Origin: Candidatus Anderseniibacteriota bacterium
GTDB lineage: Bacteria; Patescibacteriota; JAUYIX01
Assembly (NCBI GenBank): GCA_046350855.1
Contig: JAXLZM010000004.1
Coordinates: 10,491 to 74,490, forward strand
Direction of reading: 5' to 3'
Length of the DNA: 64,000 nucleotides
Made by a program: the position numbers and the translations under genes. Under the pieces are notes generated by a model. That model searched no databases, had not been told where the DNA came from, and saw nothing but the letters and a program-made list of their open reading frames with translations. This document shows positions 8,535 to 18,236 of this stretch, piece after piece (positions within the stretch are counted from its first letter, which is position 1; every line of letters begins with the position of its first letter).

Positions 8535-10472
8535 TTAACCCGCGCGCGATCCACCACCACCGCCGCCCCCACCCGAGAACCCACCAGAAAAACCCGAGCT
8601 CCCCGAGGAGAAGCCACCGCCGTGGCCACTCGAACCGGGGCGGCTGACGAGGGTTGAGGTCGTGGCGGTTGAGAGTCCACGCAGAGCGTCGGTCAGGGCA
8701 AAGGCGGTAAAGGTTTGGCCGGGGGTGACCCCGCGGTACCAATCCGGTTGCTGATCGTAAATCCGGACAAACTTTTGGGCCCACTGGCGTTCGACGCCAA
8801 ACACCATGGCGTAGGGCAAAAAGCGCTCAAACGTCTCGGGCGTCATTTTTTTAACCACGTAGCGCTCGGCCGTGTAGAGGTAGAGTTTAAAACCTTTGGC
8901 ATGCTCGTTAGCTAAGACTCCCTTTTGGGTTCGACGGGGCGCGGCACGACCAAAAATGCCCACGACGATACCGGTGATAAAGATCGGGACGCCGAGACCA
9001 TACCAAAAAAAGCCAAAGAAACCGATCACGGACAAAATCCCCGCCCAGCCCGAGTACTTAGCGCGGCGCTTATCGGGGCTCTCATCAAAGTATTCTCGTC
9101 GCATGACCTCCTCGTACATCTTGTCCTGAATCGGTTTAACGTACTGATAAAACTTGTAGCGCAGCGTATCAAGGGTGTTCTCTTCTTTGCCATCAAACAA
9201 TTTATCGAGGAGCTGTTTTTCGTACGGTAAGAGCGTACTGTCACTCGAGTAGTTCGACTTTTTAAGGATGAACTTATAGTTCTTAAGGTATTTGGATTGC
9301 CCGAGCTCTTGGATTACCAAATAGCCACGCACCGCGAGATCGATAATGGTCGCGCTCAAATCTTTGAGGTCAGCCTCCTCGTCAAAGAGTGTGCCTACCA
9401 CACCGGGGGTCAGGTCCTCGGGTGGGTCGTACTCAGCGATAATCGTGCCGCGGCCTTTGGGATCCCGGCCGGTTTTGCGCCAACGGAAGTACAAAATGAT
9501 CGCAACCCAGACCGGCATGAGCGCATAGGAGCTCACCGCTCCCACCACCGCCGCTACCAAAAACTTTTTGGCAAACGTATCAAAGACCGAGAGTTGCACG
9601 GCCTTGGTCTCACCCGGTTGCACGTCTACTAGGGTCGGCTCACTGGTAATGCCGTACTTTTGGATCTGGATGGCGTAGGGCCCGGGTCCGAGCAGCTCCT
9701 TGCCGCGACGCAAACCGGCCGGCACTTCCAAAAAACTGTCCTGCCCATCGACCAGAATATTGGCGTTGTCAGCCTTGGACTCCACCCGCACGATCCCCGG
9801 GTTCTTAACGATGCCGGTTGGCCAGCCCACCACGATCGTAAAGTTGGTACCGGGGGCCGCCCGACCAGTGGTAAAGCGTACGGTTCGGCCATCGATCACA
9901 TCCTGCGTGACAGTATCGACCCCGTCCTCGTAAAACGTGGTCTTGATTTGGGCGGGGTCGACCGCTTTGGGCAACTGCACGACCGTATCGATGGCGTCGA
10001 TCGGCACGTCGCGGTCCGAGGAGATTACATTCCAGTAGACCTCGTCATGATCCTCAAAAAAACCGACCCCGCCCTCGACCGTGTAGTAGATACTCCAGGT
10101 TTGGATCGCATTGGTGAGAGCAAAGTTGATCTCGACGTCAACCGCCGGCTGTCCTTCAAAGTATGTACTGGTCAAATCGTAGTCAGCCGGGGTGAGATCC
10201 TGCTTGGCGGTCTCGTCCACCACGCGAATGTCCGTAATGTCATCGACTCGTCCGAGCGGGATGGTTCTGCCAAAAAAACTAAACGACCCGTTAAACTGTA
10301 CGGTCTGGGTCTCCCGCACCTTGATGTCCCCGTTTTCTTGCACGGCCATGTTGCTCTCCCAGCGCAAAAACTTCCAGGACTTTTCTTGGGCCTGCGCCGG
10401 CTGAACAGAAAAAAGTGGGCCGCTCACAAAAGCGATCAGTCCAAGAGACAGCAGCCACGCACGAAGTTTCAT
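8535..10472 (-). CDS. DUF2207-family membrane protein with an extracellular domain, TM helices and a Gly-rich tail
   Basis: The track ORF (8535..10547) has been trimmed to the internal Met whose ATG is at 10472, where the signal peptide MKLRAWLLSLGLIAFVSG starts. The C-terminus is ...SSGHGGGFSSGSSGFSGGFSGGGGGGGGSRAG, as in DUF2207 proteins. Confidence 0.7.
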   Translation of the reverse strand: MKLRAWLLSLGLIAFVSGPLFSVQPAQAQEKSWKFLRWESNMAVQENGDIKVRETQTVQFNGSFSFFGRTIPLGRVDDITDIRVVDETAKQDLTPADYDLTSTYFEGQPAVDVEINFALTNAIQTWSIYYTVEGGVGFFEDHDEVYWNVISSDRDVPIDAIDTVVQLPKAVDPAQIKTTFYEDGVDTVTQDVIDGRTVRFTTGRAAPGTNFTIVVGWPTGIVKNPGIVRVESKADNANILVDGQDSFLEVPAGLRRGKELLGPGPYAIQIQKYGITSEPTLVDVQPGETKAVQLSVFDTFAKKFLVAAVVGAVSSYALMPVWVAIILYFRWRKTGRDPKGRGTIIAEYDPPEDLTPGVVGTLFDEEADLKDLSATIIDLAVRGYLVIQELGQSKYLKNYKFILKKSNYSSDSTLLPYEKQLLDKLFDGKEENTLDTLRYKFYQYVKPIQDKMYEEVMRREYFDESPDKRRAKYSGWAGILSVIGFFGFFWYGLGVPIFITGIVVGIFGRAAPRRTQKGVLANEHAKGFKLYLYTAERYVVKKMTPETFERFLPYAMVFGVERQWAQKFVRIYDQQPDWYRGVTPGQTFTAFALTDALRGLSTATTSTLVSRPGSSGHGGGFSSGSSGFSGGFSGGGGGGGGSRAG

Positions 10473-10504
10473 CGCTCGTAATGGTAGCACGGTCTCAAAA
10501 AAAT

Positions 10505-10533
10505 ATTGACAAAGAGGGTTTAGCGTGCTATTA
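10505..10533 (+). promoter_or_regulatory. Consensus-like sigma-70 promoter for the M23/CWB2 gene
   Basis: TTGACA (10505-10510), a 17-nt spacer, then TATTAT (10528-10533). It lies about 58 nt upstream of the GTG start at 10592. Confidence 0.5.
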
Positions 10534-10591
10534 TATAGCGTTATCACTTCACGATAATTTAGCGTAGTCTTTAGTATTACTTCCTACACAC

Positions 10592-12547
10592 GTGATACGC
10601 GCCAAAGGGGTACAACTTGCGCTTAGTCTGATCGCCGCCATCGGTGTCGTGCTCTTACCGAGTTCGACCCGGGCCGCCTTTGCCGGGGTCTGGCAAACAC
10701 CCCTGACTTTTTGGTTAGTAGATGGCTATGGTTTTGGAGAGTCGACCGGCTCCGGATACCACCTAGGTGAGGACGCGCACGGTGACGCCGGTACACCGGT
10801 GTACGCGGCGGCCAACGGCACGGTCAAGCTCGCCAAAGATATGAACAGCGGCGGCTGGGGTGGCATCATTTTGATACAAAACACCAACCAAGCTGGCGAT
10901 ACGGTCGTCTCCTTACACGGCCACCTCGACGCGGCGAGTTTTCAGGTGCAGGAGGGCCAAACGGTTACCCGCGGCCAACTGCTCGGCTACTTGGGCGATA
11001 GCGCCCACAACGGTGGGTGGTTCCCCCATCTCCACTTTGGCATACGTAATGGCCAATACGTTGACGCCTGGAACGGTGAACCTTGGGTCTATTACGGCTA
11101 CGGTGACTCCGACGATTTGGCGGATTGGTTTGCGCCGACCGATTACATCAAAGCGCACGAACATGTTATCGAGGTCGAGCGTGTCCCAGACAATAGCCCC
11201 AACCGCTACAGCACCGCGGTAGGTGTCTCGCAGCGCCGCTTTCCGCAGCAAGATACAGCCCCGCGCGTCTATCTCGCGAGTGGCCAGGCTTTTGCCGACG
11301 CCCTGGCCGCGGCACCGCTGACCAGCAAGAGCAGCGCGCCACTGCTCCTTACTGCCGCGGACAAGCTGCCAACGGAGACGGCCGCTGAGATCAATCGTGT
11401 ACTGCCCAAAGGATTGACGGTCTATTTGCTTGGTGGCGACAAGAGCATCAGCACAACGGTTGAACAATCCGTCAAAAACTTAGGCTACAAAACCTCACGT
11501 ATTGCCGGCACCAGCCGCGAGGGCACGGCCGCCACGATTGCCGCCAAATTTGCCAACTCTCCCGCGGTCTTTATCGTGCACCGCGACGCTTTTCCAGATG
11601 CGGTCTCAGCCGGCGGTCCGGCAAACGCATTGGGAATTCCCCTCTTGTTTACGGGGACGACCAGCCTCAACGACACCACGCAGCGCTACCTGCAGGACCA
11701 TCCTAGTATCCAAAATGCCTACATCATTGGCGGAACCAAAATTATTTCGAGCCACGTGGCGACCGAGCTTAAACAGATTAAAAGTCTCAAGACCGTGCTT
11801 CGTTTTGGTGGGGCCAACCGCTACGAATCCAACCTCTCGGTCGTCTCGGCCTTTACGGCCAAACCAGAGACGCTCGTCTTTGCTACAGGTGCCAACTATC
11901 CGGATGCTTTAACCGGCAGTGCTCTGATCGGCAGCGAGAAAGGCGCCCTGCTTTTGGCTAACCCGGCCGGTACCGGTCAATCCACACAAACTTTTATCAA
12001 TACGACCCGAGCGGCACTGGATGCCGCACTGGTGATCGGTGGGACGGCCGCGATCGGAGGCTCTTTTGATGGCGAGCTCGCCGCCCAGCTGAATGCTCCC
12101 CTTACCACCGCTAGCCTTATGTCCTCGGCCCAACCAGCGACGCTCAAGTCGGTCACGCTCAACTCGAGCAACCCGGTCGTCTTGGCGGGTGTCTCGGTAC
12201 CTTCGATCAAGGGGTTGTCTACGTTTGAACACGTGAGTAACGGTGCAGTCGTTTCTTCGCTGGCAGCCCGAGAGCTGAGCGACGAAGATCCCCCGGCGGT
12301 AACCGTTAGTCGCATTCCGTTAGACGGTCTCTCACCGACGGCCCGCTTGGCGGCTTGGTTCAACCTGCCGGAGTCGTATCTTAAGACGCATCAAACCAAA
12401 CAGGGTGAGACGATGGCGCTCAATGAGCTACCGACTTTTATTCCGGCCGAGATGCGCTATTCCGTGGATGGGTCTGAGCTTGTGTTGGTTGAGGTGCGCT
12501 TACCGGACGCTCCGGCCGAGCAAGTACTCTCGAGCATCACGTGGTAA
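10592..12547 (+). CDS. M23 (LytM-type) peptidoglycan endopeptidase fused to three CWB2 cell-wall-binding repeats
   Basis: GTG start. The M23 motifs YHLGEDAHGDAGTPVYAAANGTV and HLHFG are present. The C-terminal half has three ~100-aa CWB2-type repeats (YLASGQAFADALAAAPLTS...APLLLT... and so on). Confidence 0.8.
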   Translation: MIRAKGVQLALSLIAAIGVVLLPSSTRAAFAGVWQTPLTFWLVDGYGFGESTGSGYHLGEDAHGDAGTPVYAAANGTVKLAKDMNSGGWGGIILIQNTNQAGDTVVSLHGHLDAASFQVQEGQTVTRGQLLGYLGDSAHNGGWFPHLHFGIRNGQYVDAWNGEPWVYYGYGDSDDLADWFAPTDYIKAHEHVIEVERVPDNSPNRYSTAVGVSQRRFPQQDTAPRVYLASGQAFADALAAAPLTSKSSAPLLLTAADKLPTETAAEINRVLPKGLTVYLLGGDKSISTTVEQSVKNLGYKTSRIAGTSREGTAATIAAKFANSPAVFIVHRDAFPDAVSAGGPANALGIPLLFTGTTSLNDTTQRYLQDHPSIQNAYIIGGTKIISSHVATELKQIKSLKTVLRFGGANRYESNLSVVSAFTAKPETLVFATGANYPDALTGSALIGSEKGALLLANPAGTGQSTQTFINTTRAALDAALVIGGTAAIGGSFDGELAAQLNAPLTTASLMSSAQPATLKSVTLNSSNPVVLAGVSVPSIKGLSTFEHVSNGAVVSSLAARELSDEDPPAVTVSRIPLDGLSPTARLAAWFNLPESYLKTHQTKQGETMALNELPTFIPAEMRYSVDGSELVLVEVRLPDAPAEQVLSSITW

Positions 12548-12556
12548 ACTGCGCCC

Positions 12557-12886
12557 GTGAGTAAACAAAAAACTCCCACTGCACAACCCACACAACAGGG
12601 CACTACGGGTGACCTGCGGGTGGTAGTTTTGCACTCTCGTTGTATCGGAGCCGCTATATGTGTCAAAGAAGCGGCAGGCTCCTTTGTCCTCAACGACAAA
12701 AACAAAGCGCTTGTCAGCGATCTCACCAAAAATCGTGGCGAGGTAATCCTAAATGCCGCACGCAACTGCCCAACCCAAGCGATTTACCTGTATCGGGGCA
12801 GCAAACAAATTTGGCCGCCCACAGACAAGGCGGGGGTGAACAAACAGCCCGGGCGGGAGATCAAAATGAGTTTTGAACCCGACTAG
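12557..12886 (+). CDS. Small ferredoxin-like protein, a candidate single [3Fe-4S]/[4Fe-4S] cluster ferredoxin
   Basis: GTG start. C-I-G-A-A-I-C...C-P-x-x-A-I: the CxxAxxC...CP pattern is that of single-cluster ferredoxins in which the middle Cys is replaced. Confidence 0.5.
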   Translation: MSKQKTPTAQPTQQGTTGDLRVVVLHSRCIGAAICVKEAAGSFVLNDKNKALVSDLTKNRGEVILNAARNCPTQAIYLYRGSKQIWPPTDKAGVNKQPGREIKMSFEPD

Positions 12887-13458
12887 TCGTACCGTAAGCG
12901 CGGATCGAGTTCTTTTTCGAGAATCTCGGCGCGGTTGGTTTGGTAGGCGTAACGAATCAAACAGAGTGCGGCAAAGTCGTTTTCGATCGAGCCCTCGAGT
13001 GCCATCTGGACCGCCTCAAATACTTTAACCGATTTAGTCTCAAGCTGGTCCTGCGGTTCGACCTTTTTTTTGGCTTTTTTGGCGATAAAGCAGCGCAGAT
13101 CCCAAATGGTACGGGACTGCGGGGTGCGTTTAGCAAAAAAAGTCAGATCACCCACTAGACCGGTCTCCTCAAGTAGCTCGCGCGCCGCGGCTTTCTCGGG
13201 AGACTCTTTGGTGTCGACGCGACCGCCGGGCAGAGCCCAGAGTTCGGGTTCACCCCGACGCACGATGCGCCGCTCGCGCACCAGTGTCACAAACTCATCC
13301 TTGTCGATGGCGATCACCAAAACACCTGTCGGTTTTTGGACGTACTCGTAGACCGACTCGCGGCCATCAGCGTGGCGGACGGGTTGCTGCAGGATACGAT
13401 AGACCAGGCCTTTGTAGACTTCGCGTGGTTCTCCGACCGGTTGCACACCAGACTGCAT
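12883..13458 (-). CDS. NUDIX hydrolase
   Basis: Nudix box GGRVDTKESPEKAAARELLEETGL (GX5EX7REUXEEXGU). Confidence 0.8.
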   Translation of the reverse strand: MQSGVQPVGEPREVYKGLVYRILQQPVRHADGRESVYEYVQKPTGVLVIAIDKDEFVTLVRERRIVRRGEPELWALPGGRVDTKESPEKAAARELLEETGLVGDLTFFAKRTPQSRTIWDLRCFIAKKAKKKVEPQDQLETKSVKVFEAVQMALEGSIENDFAALCLIRYAYQTNRAEILEKELDPRLRYD

Positions 13459-13485
13459 AGTGTTTTGTAGTAGTGGTTAGTTAGA

Positions 13486-14403
13486 TTATTCGGCTTCGTC
13501 GGGATGGGTTCGGCCTTGTAGTTGCTCGAGGAGCGGTGTCACATCGACCGAGCGGATGTCATGCTGCACGAGGGTATGTTTGAGCCCGGCTTGTACCTGA
13601 GCGTCAAAGGTGGGTGCTGCGTGTTGGTACAGAATCCCGATTGGAAGTTTTGAGGCTTGCTCGGCCAGGGCTAGGGCGGCGGCTTTGTTGCGTGAGTTAT
13701 GCTCGGGGCCGATCCGGTAGACCTGCGTATCCCAGGACTGCCAGGTCTGCACACTATTCCAAATTACGCAGGGCTGCAAGATGTCGATGACCGCAAAGCC
13801 CTGGTGCTTGACCGCGGCGGTCAAAATCGTTTGGAACTGCTCCTGGTCGCCGACAAAGGCGCGCGCGACAAAGGTTGCGCCCGAGGCGATGGCGATCTGG
13901 AGCGGGTTGAGGGCGGGCTCGAGACTACCCTCGGGGGTGCTTTTGGTTTTAGTACCGCGCTCGCTGGTGGGCGAAGCTTGACCGGTCGTGAGCGCGTAGG
14001 TGGCATTGTCGTGGACGAGGTACGTGAGGTTGACGTTGCGCCGACAGGCGTGCACAAAGTGGGCCATGCCCTCGCCATACGCTCCCCCATCACCCGCGAC
14101 GGCCAACACCTCGAGGGCCGGGTTTGCCACTTTGACCCCTTGCGCAAACGGCAAGGCTCGCCCGTGCAACCCATGAAAGCCATAGACGTTGAGCCACATG
14201 GGCAGTTTGCCGGCCTGGCCGATATCCGACACGACCACCACTTGACTCGGATCCATTTGTTGATCGACCAGCATAAACTTGAGCGTGTTGAGCACCCCAA
14301 AGTTGCCGCAGCCGGGACACCACTGAAAACCGTACTTGGGCGTGAGGTGGTCAAAGGTGGCAGCCAGTTTAGCGCGATCGGTTTTTGAGAGCGTGGGTCG
14401 CAT
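13486..14403 (-). CDS. korB: 2-oxoacid:ferredoxin oxidoreductase beta subunit, TPP-binding
   Basis: CPGCGNFG and the TPP motif GDGG.YGEG are typical of OFOR beta subunits (KorB/PorB). Confidence 0.85.
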   Translation of the reverse strand: MRPTLSKTDRAKLAATFDHLTPKYGFQWCPGCGNFGVLNTLKFMLVDQQMDPSQVVVVSDIGQAGKLPMWLNVYGFHGLHGRALPFAQGVKVANPALEVLAVAGDGGAYGEGMAHFVHACRRNVNLTYLVHDNATYALTTGQASPTSERGTKTKSTPEGSLEPALNPLQIAIASGATFVARAFVGDQEQFQTILTAAVKHQGFAVIDILQPCVIWNSVQTWQSWDTQVYRIGPEHNSRNKAAALALAEQASKLPIGILYQHAAPTFDAQVQAGLKHTLVQHDIRSVDVTPLLEQLQGRTHPDEAE

Positions 14404-14407
14404 AGTT

Positions 14408-16201
14408 TTATTTGCTTACACTACTCCGGATGAACCGCTCAACGACCGGCTGCGTCAGTGGCCGACCATCATAAAAGCGTAAACGTTTGTTGGTTCGCAC
14501 ACCTAGGTGTTGACGCAGGAGACCCTCGAGCAATCCCGTGTCGTTGCCTTCTACCACCAGCACTTTTTTGACACCACGCAGCGCACTGTGCATTTCTTGT
14601 ACGGGGAACGGCATGAGGCAGCGCAGCATGACCAACTTGACCGCGGCCGTTTTGGGGCCGGCCTCTATTGCATCCAGTAGAACACCCTTGTTAGAACCAA
14701 AACTAACTACAGTCGTGGTCGCTTTTGTATGTCCGTAGATCCGCACCGGGCTAAGCTTGGCGATGGTACCCGTGTAGGCCGTTTGCACTTTGCGACGACG
14801 CTTCTCCATCATGGCGATCCGATTGCGGCGGTCCTCGGTAATAAAGCCATACTCGTCGTGTTCGTCCCCGGAGACCCGCCAAATCGATCCTACCCCTGGC
14901 GTACCTGGCAAAACCCGCGGCGAGACGCCATCAGCCGTGACGGCAAAGCGGGCATACTCTTTGAGCCGTGCGGCTTGCGCTGGGGTGACCAACTTGCCGC
15001 GATCAACACGCAATCGCTCGGGCGCAAGTGGCGTGTGCGTCCAAAACCCCTCTTGCAAATACTTGTCACCCAGTACGATCACGATCAATTGGTATTTTTC
15101 GGCGATATTAAAAGCGGCAAAAGTGAGTTCAAACGCTTCTTGAGGATCGCCCGGGGCAAGCACCACACGGGGCGGTTCATCCTGGCCAGCATGGAGTGCA
15201 AAGCGCAGATCGCCCTGACCGGTCCGAGTGGGCAACCCCGTGGCGGGACCCGGGCGTTGGCCGAGCAGAACCACCAGCGGCGTCTCGGTCATGGCCGCAA
15301 TACCGAGCGACTCGACCATCAAGGAGAACCCACCACCACTGCTCCCGGTCATGGCCCGCGCCCCGGCATACCAGGCTCCCAACGCAAACTGAATCGCCGA
15401 GATCTCATCCTCCGGCTGGTAGGCAAACAGATTGTACCGCGTTTTGAGAGCGGCGGTGGCGTGTAGCAGCGAGCTGGTCGGGGTCATAGGGTAGCCCGCA
15501 TAGCAGGTCATGCCGCCGCGGAGGGCCCCGAGCAAAATACCCTCGTTACCCTCAAGCAGTAAGCGGGGCTCGCCAGTGAGCCGCGGCTGGCACACAAATT
15601 GCTCTTTGTAGTACTTGGTCACGTAGGTATACCCCGCCATGGCAGCGGCCAGGTTGGCTTTAACCACCGCAAGGCCTTTGCGGCCAAAAACTTCTTCGAG
15701 TCCCTCATCAAGCAAGGTCAAGTCGTAGCAGACCATGCCGCAGATGGCACCAAGCATAACGGTGTTGAGCATGAGGCGTGGGAGCTTGTGTTTGGCCAGT
15801 AACGTGTAGAGTGGCACATCAAAGAGCTGCACCCCCCGCTTTTTAAACGCAGCCAACTCACGCGGACTGAGGGGATCGATCGCGGCGGCATGCGCGGCGT
15901 CATACAAAACCAAACCACCCCGTACCACCTCGCTCCCCCACATCCGGACGGTGCGGGTATCAAGTGCGGCCAAGAGATTGACTTGGCCGGCGAGTGAGTG
16001 CACCGGCCGGGGCGAGATGCGGACCTCGAGCGTGTTGTTTCCCCCGCGTACGATCGAGGGGTACTCCACGTTGGCATGCACAAAATACCCGCCTTTAACA
16101 AAAGCTTTAGCTAAAATGAGCGCGGAATTTTTGATGCCCGTGCCCGCCTCCCCTCCCATCTTCCAGGTAAAGGACGCGTTTTTTACCAGCGTCTTTGTCA
16201 C
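14408..16201 (-). CDS. korA: 2-oxoacid:ferredoxin oxidoreductase alpha subunit, a gamma-alpha fusion
   Basis: N-terminal gamma-like domain (GEAGTGIKNSALILAKAF) followed by an alpha domain. It sits directly upstream of the beta subunit. Confidence 0.85.
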   Translation of the reverse strand: MTKTLVKNASFTWKMGGEAGTGIKNSALILAKAFVKGGYFVHANVEYPSIVRGGNNTLEVRISPRPVHSLAGQVNLLAALDTRTVRMWGSEVVRGGLVLYDAAHAAAIDPLSPRELAAFKKRGVQLFDVPLYTLLAKHKLPRLMLNTVMLGAICGMVCYDLTLLDEGLEEVFGRKGLAVVKANLAAAMAGYTYVTKYYKEQFVCQPRLTGEPRLLLEGNEGILLGALRGGMTCYAGYPMTPTSSLLHATAALKTRYNLFAYQPEDEISAIQFALGAWYAGARAMTGSSGGGFSLMVESLGIAAMTETPLVVLLGQRPGPATGLPTRTGQGDLRFALHAGQDEPPRVVLAPGDPQEAFELTFAAFNIAEKYQLIVIVLGDKYLQEGFWTHTPLAPERLRVDRGKLVTPAQAARLKEYARFAVTADGVSPRVLPGTPGVGSIWRVSGDEHDEYGFITEDRRNRIAMMEKRRRKVQTAYTGTIAKLSPVRIYGHTKATTTVVSFGSNKGVLLDAIEAGPKTAAVKLVMLRCLMPFPVQEMHSALRGVKKVLVVEGNDTGLLEGLLRQHLGVRTNKRLRFYDGRPLTQPVVERFIRSSVSK

Positions 16202-16236
16202 GCTTCTAGTATAGCAGCCCGTAGTACTCGTGAGTG

Positions 16237-16659
16237 TTAGCGGCCGGAGCTGCCAAAGCCGCGACTTCCTCGGGCAGAACCAACGAGTTCCCGGGCCTCA
16301 CTGATCTGGGCCAAAGCCACCGGCAAGAGCAAGACCTGCGCGATCCGATCACCCGCCTTAATCACATAGGGGGTGCGGGCGAGATTATGCAGCAAAATTT
16401 TCCACTCGCCGCGGTAGCCAGCATCGATCACACCGCCCAGCACGTGGATGCCGCAGGTACCCATACTGGAGCGGTCACGTACCAGTGCAACATAGCCAGC
16501 CGCAAACTCTGCTGCAAAACCGGTACTAAAGGCGTGGCTCTGGCCAGGCTCGAGTACCACTGATTCGCAGGTATAGAGATCGATCCCGGCATCCTGATCG
16601 GTGTGACGTGTCGGCAGAACCGCCTCAGGGCGGAGACGCTTGAGCTTAAGTTCAACCAT
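16237..16659 (-). CDS. dut: dUTP diphosphatase
   Basis: AGIDL, GVIDAGYRGE, GDRIAQ and RGSRGFGSSG are the dUTPase motifs. The track ORF has been trimmed to the Met at MVELKLKRL. Confidence 0.9.
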   Translation of the reverse strand: MVELKLKRLRPEAVLPTRHTDQDAGIDLYTCESVVLEPGQSHAFSTGFAAEFAAGYVALVRDRSSMGTCGIHVLGGVIDAGYRGEWKILLHNLARTPYVIKAGDRIAQVLLLPVALAQISEARELVGSARGSRGFGSSGR

Positions 16660-16763
16660 AGGCAAAACAATAGCATCACAAGCTATCGCATAAAAAGAAA
16701 AACTCTCCACCGGTGATCTAGCGATCATCCCGATGGAGAGTTGTGAGTCGACACACGGTCGAC

Positions 16764-18086
16764 TTAGTACTGGTGCATGGCGCCCTCGACGATGGAGCCA
16801 CCCCCGTTGAGGTACTTGGTCCAGACCACCACGGGCTTGTTAACCTTGTTGAGGGTCACGGCCGGGTAGGTCTCGGTCAAGTTGTTGTTGGTCACGACCG
16901 AGAAGGCCGTCCCTGGATAGCCCACGCGACCCCAGGCTTTGCCGGGTTGCTTTTCGGCACAGCGGATCTCGTTGGCCTTGTCGGGGTCCGGATCCGTCGT
17001 GTCAAAGTAGACCAACTCGACCTTGCCGTTTTGCGTAGTGGCGAGGGATGGAAACACCGCATCCAGCGAATCCAGAGCAGCCGCGCTCCAGGTCCCGCCT
17101 GCGGCCATCGATCCAAACCAGACGTACTGTCCGGCCTGCGCATCAACCGATTGCCCGGTGGCCATCAAAAAGCCACTCGAAAAATCGGCGTTGATCCAGC
17201 CGGTGCAGCTTGCTGGTATGTCCGAGCCCCACAACCAGCCCGTTCCGTTTTTGTAGTACGGGTGCCGGACCAGTCGGGGCGAACCCGGTGCAGTCTCACC
17301 AGCGATCAGGATGTGCGGATCGTGCATGCCAGCATCGGGCATGGGATCGTATGCCAGTGCCACGCCGAGCAACTGGTAGTACTCACCGCTCGCGTCGTAG
17401 AGCTTGCTGGTTGCACCGGTTGCGAGTGTGTTGATCTGTCCATTGGCCCAGTAGGCAAAGTGCACCTCACGCGGCCCCCCAATGTACTGGAAGACCCACA
17501 CAAACCCTGGATCACCGGTCTCGGGGTTGAGCTCCATGTCAAAGGAGCTGACGGTCTGGGTCCAACCAACGGTAACGCGGGTCGGATAGGTACCGGTTCC
17601 GGCCAGGTCACGCCAGCCGTAGAGGGTGGCCTGCATGGCGTACACCACCCAAAAGCTCCCCTCTTGCTGCAGCCACGAGACAACCACGTGGTCGTTGCGC
17701 GCCCTGATCCGCACGTCCTTGGCATCATTGATGAGTGACGAGAAGATCGTGTCGGGCAGGGTCGCGTTGTAGACGCCCCGCAACTTGGTCCCGTCGAAGT
17801 AGCTCACCATCACCGCCGAGGCGTTGGAGTCGTTATCTCGCGAGGCCCAGGCCTGAATCGGTCGCTGCTTGACCTTGTTGCCGATCCAGACCGGCGAGAG
17901 CAGTGCGACCGCGTCGTTGCTCGTCTCGTTGTCGACATAGGCCGACCCGAGCGAGATCCACTCCACGCCACCCCCACCCCCGTACTTGTAAAAGCCGGGC
18001 GGCGGAAAAGGCCCTGCCACGAGCGGCAGCGCCACGATGAGCACCACGCACACCTTGCATAGCAACACCTGACGAACCTTGGTCAT
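16764..18086 (-). CDS. Secreted hypothetical protein (440 aa) with an N-terminal signal peptide and a Gly run
   Basis: Signal peptide MTKVRQVLLCKVCVVLIVALPLVAG. Chosen over the overlapping plus-strand ORF 16743..17738 because it is longer and has a signal peptide. Confidence 0.55.
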   Translation of the reverse strand: MTKVRQVLLCKVCVVLIVALPLVAGPFPPPGFYKYGGGGGVEWISLGSAYVDNETSNDAVALLSPVWIGNKVKQRPIQAWASRDNDSNASAVMVSYFDGTKLRGVYNATLPDTIFSSLINDAKDVRIRARNDHVVVSWLQQEGSFWVVYAMQATLYGWRDLAGTGTYPTRVTVGWTQTVSSFDMELNPETGDPGFVWVFQYIGGPREVHFAYWANGQINTLATGATSKLYDASGEYYQLLGVALAYDPMPDAGMHDPHILIAGETAPGSPRLVRHPYYKNGTGWLWGSDIPASCTGWINADFSSGFLMATGQSVDAQAGQYVWFGSMAAGGTWSAAALDSLDAVFPSLATTQNGKVELVYFDTTDPDPDKANEIRCAEKQPGKAWGRVGYPGTAFSVVTNNNLTETYPAVTLNKVNKPVVVWTKYLNGGGSIVEGAMHQY

Positions 18087-18236
18087 GTCCGTTCTCCTTC
18101 TTCTTCCTTCTCCTGTTTTTGCCGCTGTTTTTTAAAAAACTGGCGTTCTTCCAGTCTCTGTACCACTCTGGCAGAACAGGCCACACTAGACCACCTTTGA
18201 GGCTCTAGTCAAGGCTGCATACGGTATACTTTTTGC

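Noticed and set aside
8521-8784. 87-aa minus-strand ORF overlapping the 3' end of the DUF2207 gene
   Set aside because: It is an alternative frame across the Gly-rich tail coding region, Trp/Arg-rich, and has no support.
16743-17738. Plus-strand 331-aa ORF opposite the secreted protein gene
   Set aside because: It is fully overlapped by the longer minus-strand ORF, which has a clear signal peptide. Its Arg/Gly/Pro-rich composition is typical of an antisense frame in GC-rich coding DNA.
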